Source: Candidatus Hodarchaeota archaeon (GTDB lineage Archaea; Asgardarchaeota; Lokiarchaeia; Sigyniarchaeales; SOKP01). From it: a stretch of DNA of 20,006 bases. This document shows, piece by piece, positions 17,578 to 20,006 of this stretch. Every line of letters starts with the position of its first letter. Positions within the stretch are counted from its first letter, which is position 1. The position numbers and the translations under genes were made by a program. Location: NCBI GenBank assembly GCA_048886685.1, contig JBHLKM010000019.1:1-20006 (forward strand). The letters run 5' to 3'. The notes under the pieces are model-generated. The model was not told the origin of the DNA and made no database searches. It worked only from the letters and a program-made list of their open reading frames with translations.

Positions 17578-18252
17578 ATGGTAGAAGTCATTGCTAGCAA
17601 TGAACAAACCGTATTAGAAATAATTAATGAATACTTAGATAAGAATAGATTTTTCAGCGTAAATGATATTATCCCCTTTATAAGTTCTAGATTTGCAAAA
17701 TCTGGTATTAATATCAACGTAAATGGTATCAGAACTATTTTAAAATCTCTTGTAGAAAAAAACTTTATAGTAGAAGGATCAAAACTTACTAGAGATGAAA
17801 TACTATTTAATCCTAATAGAAAAAAAATTTATGAGTTTATTCAACAAAATCCAGGAACTCATTTTTATAATATCGTAACTAATTTAGATCTAAATATCCC
17901 CGTAGTGGAGTGGCATCTGAATATTTTAATAAAATTTATGTATATTAGCAAAGAGGAAATTGAGAATATAGTAGCTTATTTCGATGTTAACGTAAAACCT
18001 GAAAGTAGGATGGTAATTTACTTGTTATCAAAAGATAAATGTAAACAAATAATAAATTTTCTTAAGGAAAATCAAGAAGGTATGACAAGATATCAAATTT
18101 CAGAGCAATTAAATATGCATTCAACCACAGTTGCTAAATATACTGATAAACTTAATGAAAATGGTATTCTAACTAAAAAATCTCTGTCGAACAAGACTTT
18201 ATATTTTCTTAACAATGAATATTATGATAAACTTGATCAAAATTTTTTTTGA
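17578..18252 (+). CDS. Multi-winged-helix transcriptional regulator (ArsR/MarR-like wHTH x2-3)
   Basis: NRKKIYEFIQQNPGTHFYNIVTNLDLNIPVVEWHLNIL and QIINFLKENQEGMTRYQISEQLNMHSTTVAKYTDKLNENGIL..YFL are typical wHTH units. The N-terminal ~70 aa also look wHTH-like. Confidence 0.9.
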   Translation: MVEVIASNEQTVLEIINEYLDKNRFFSVNDIIPFISSRFAKSGININVNGIRTILKSLVEKNFIVEGSKLTRDEILFNPNRKKIYEFIQQNPGTHFYNIVTNLDLNIPVVEWHLNILIKFMYISKEEIENIVAYFDVNVKPESRMVIYLLSKDKCKQIINFLKENQEGMTRYQISEQLNMHSTTVAKYTDKLNENGILTKKSLSNKTLYFLNNEYYDKLDQNFF

Positions 18253-18317
18253 TCATGATATACTGAAAAATAAAAATTATCGATCAGTAAATTTCTTTTT
18301 TTCAAATGAAAAAAATG
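18234..18317 (+). terminator. Hairpins and oligo-T tracts at the end of the four-gene cluster
   Basis: tgatcaaaa-tttt-ttttgatca (18234-18255) spans the stop codon, and a T-rich tract with tttttttca-aa-tgaaaaaaa follows near 18296-18315. Confidence 0.4.
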
Positions 18318-18582
18318 AATTTTTCTAAATTCTCAATCGACAAAAAAATCTAATCTATACAACGAAAGGACAGGAGGAATATTAACTGGTTAATAACTAA
18401 TAAAAAATCTCCAGTCTTTTAAGAATCTTTTCTTTTAACTCCAAATCTTTCGATTTTCCTTTCTCTCATGCGAAAAAGCGGAAATTGGTTAATTTCCTTA
18501 ATATTTAAATATGCAACAATAATTTCTTCATTCGACAGAAGTAAAAATAGACATAACTTTTTGAAAAAGATATACATATTTT

Positions 18583-20006
18583 ATGAAGAAAATTAACTTC
18601 AAAGTAAGAATAACGTTAGTGGGGATATTTTTTTTCTGCATCTTTGTGGCAGTAGTCATAACTCAAAATAATTTCTTTAATAGTGAACCCACTAATAAAT
18701 ACCCAAGCAAAGAGGTATCAAATCTTGGTTTGAATGATGTTCCACAAGAACCTGAAAATCTTTCGGCTTATCAAAAGTTCCAAGAATTTTGGACAGATGT
18801 GTATAACCAAGATGCAATTAATTGGAGTTATTCAGATTGGCGGGATTATATAATCCTACAGATATATAATAATACCGAAGAAAATTTAAATAATACAATT
18901 AAAGATGATCCTCTTTTTGAAAATAATATTAATATCTTCACTATTTATGTTATGGGGAAATATAATGGCTCTCTGAGTATTGAAGATATTACGAATTTAA
19001 AAAGTGAGTTAATCCATAATACTGTTAGTATTGGAGATATCTTATTTTTGAAGCATGACGATGCCCAAGTAAGGTTATTAATTTATATTGAGGTAGAATC
19101 ATCACCATCTATGTGGTACATCGCTGATCATTTGGAAATCTATTTAAAATCTGAAAATTCTACTGGAAAATGGTACAATGCATCAGATAATCATTATGTT
19201 AAGGTATTTGACATACCCAATTTAGAATTAGCTGATTCAATCTATACAGATGGGAAATATGAAAATCATATTGTTGGTCCGATAACAATAAATACTAATG
19301 CTATTGAAGAGAATATATCCTTAGTCGCTAAAGTAGATTATTTTCTTAATTTCTTAATGGAGGACTATGTTGCCAGATTAGAATTATTTAATCTTGTTGA
19401 TGATGATGAGCTGTCACCTGAAATTTTATACACATATACAGGCAATTATACTGATGGAAATCCAGGAGAACTTATTATTTCAGCTTTAGATGATTCTGGT
19501 CTTTCTGCTGATCCTAGCGGTACTTATAGTGTTCCAAACAGTTTAGGTTCTCATAATTTTACATTTACTGCCATAGATGCTGATAATGATAGATCTAATG
19601 ATACATTAGAATCTATTAAAGATATTTGGATTAACATTACAGATGATGACGTTTCATTTCCAGAAATTTCTTATATTTATACCGGTGATGGCACTGATGG
19701 AAATCCTGGAGAGCTTATTGTTAACGCTTCAGACATTTCCGGGTTATCTTTAGATCCCAGTGGAACATATCACGTACCCAACACGATAGGAAACCACAAG
19801 TTTGTCTTTACAGCTAGCGATGCGGATGATGACCGGCCTGATGACGTATTAAATACAACTATTACAGTATGGATAAATATCACAGATGATGACATCTCAT
19901 TTCCAGAAATTTCTTATATTTATACTGGAGATGGCACTGATGGAAATCCTGGAGAGCTTATTGTTAACGCTTCAGACATTTCCGGGTTATCTTTAGATCC
20001 CAGTGG
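18583..20006 (+). CDS. Surface protein, 3'-truncated: signal/TM, ~240-aa unique domain, tandem 81-aa acidic Ig/cadherin-like repeats
   Basis: Not in the ORF track. The frame is open from ATG 18583 (MKKINFKVRITLVGIFFFCIFVAVVITQ...) to the edge with no stop in hand translation. Confidence 0.92.
   Translation, partial: MKKINFKVRITLVGIFFFCIFVAVVITQNNFFNSEPTNKYPSKEVSNLGLNDVPQEPENLSAYQKFQEFWTDVYNQDAINWSYSDWRDYIILQIYNNTEENLNNTIKDDPLFENNINIFTIYVMGKYNGSLSIEDITNLKSELIHNTVSIGDILFLKHDDAQVRLLIYIEVESSPSMWYIADHLEIYLKSENSTGKWYNASDNHYVKVFDIPNLELADSIYTDGKYENHIVGPITINTNAIEENISLVAKVDYFLNFLMEDYVARLELFNLVDDDELSPEILYTYTGNYTDGNPGELIISALDDSGLSADPSGTYSVPNSLGSHNFTFTAIDADNDRSNDTLESIKDIWINITDDDVSFPEISYIYTGDGTDGNPGELIVNASDISGLSLDPSGTYHVPNTIGNHKFVFTASDADDDRPDDVLNTTITVWINITDDDISFPEISYIYTGDGTDGNPGELIVNASDISGLSLDPS
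19399..20006 (+). repeat. 243-bp (81-aa) tandem repeat, at least 2.5 copies
   Basis: Units start at 19399, 19642 and 19885 (DDDxxxPEIxYxYTGxxTDGNPGELIxxAxDxSGLSxDPSG...). Copies 2 and 3 are nearly identical in DNA. Confidence 0.95.

Noticed and set aside
17014-17717. ORFs 17014..17244 and 17490..17717
   Set aside because: Antisense shadows of the receptor and wHTH genes.
18350-18470. Short minus-strand frames (MRERKIERFGVKRKDS; SKDLELKEKILKK...)
   Set aside because: Would need a frameshift to join, and no homology is recognised.
19399-20006. CRISPR array or non-coding repeat
   Set aside because: The 243-bp period is in frame and protein-coding, with no repeat-spacer structure.

Overview
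AT-rich window (roughly 30% GC by eye) that reads as Asgard archaeal (Lokiarchaeia/Promethearchaeota-like) DNA. This assignment is inferred from the longin/roadblock protein, the Rab-like GTPase fold and the sequon-rich single-pass surface proteins. The left half holds two tandem minus-strand paralogous giant surface proteins built as [DUF2341-like + LamG/ConA-like] x2 or x3 plus an Ig-like stalk. The complete copy also has a TM helix and a helical cytoplasmic tail; the left copy runs off the window and is missing from the ORF track. Between them sit an 83-aa ORF, a Zn-ribbon + NYN/PIN-like gene and a decayed copy of the adhesin's last ~31 codons. The right half holds a longin-roadblock fusion, a small secreted protein with paired operators, and a tight four-gene cluster: degenerate Rab-like pseudo-GTPase, 86-aa ORF, NIDO-like single-pass receptor with a duplicated cytoplasmic module, and a triple wHTH regulator. 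It ends in a truncated surface protein with 81-aa acidic cadherin-like repeats, also missing from the ORF track. The main leads are the GC-rich swappable LamG cassettes in a conserved scaffold, the pseudo-GTPase/receptor/TF cluster, the island bounded by duplicated adhesin 3' ends, and an ACG at the exact start-codon position. No RNA genes, CRISPR array, transposase, integrase or reverse transcriptase were recognised. All domain calls come from motif recognition by eye, not from searches.
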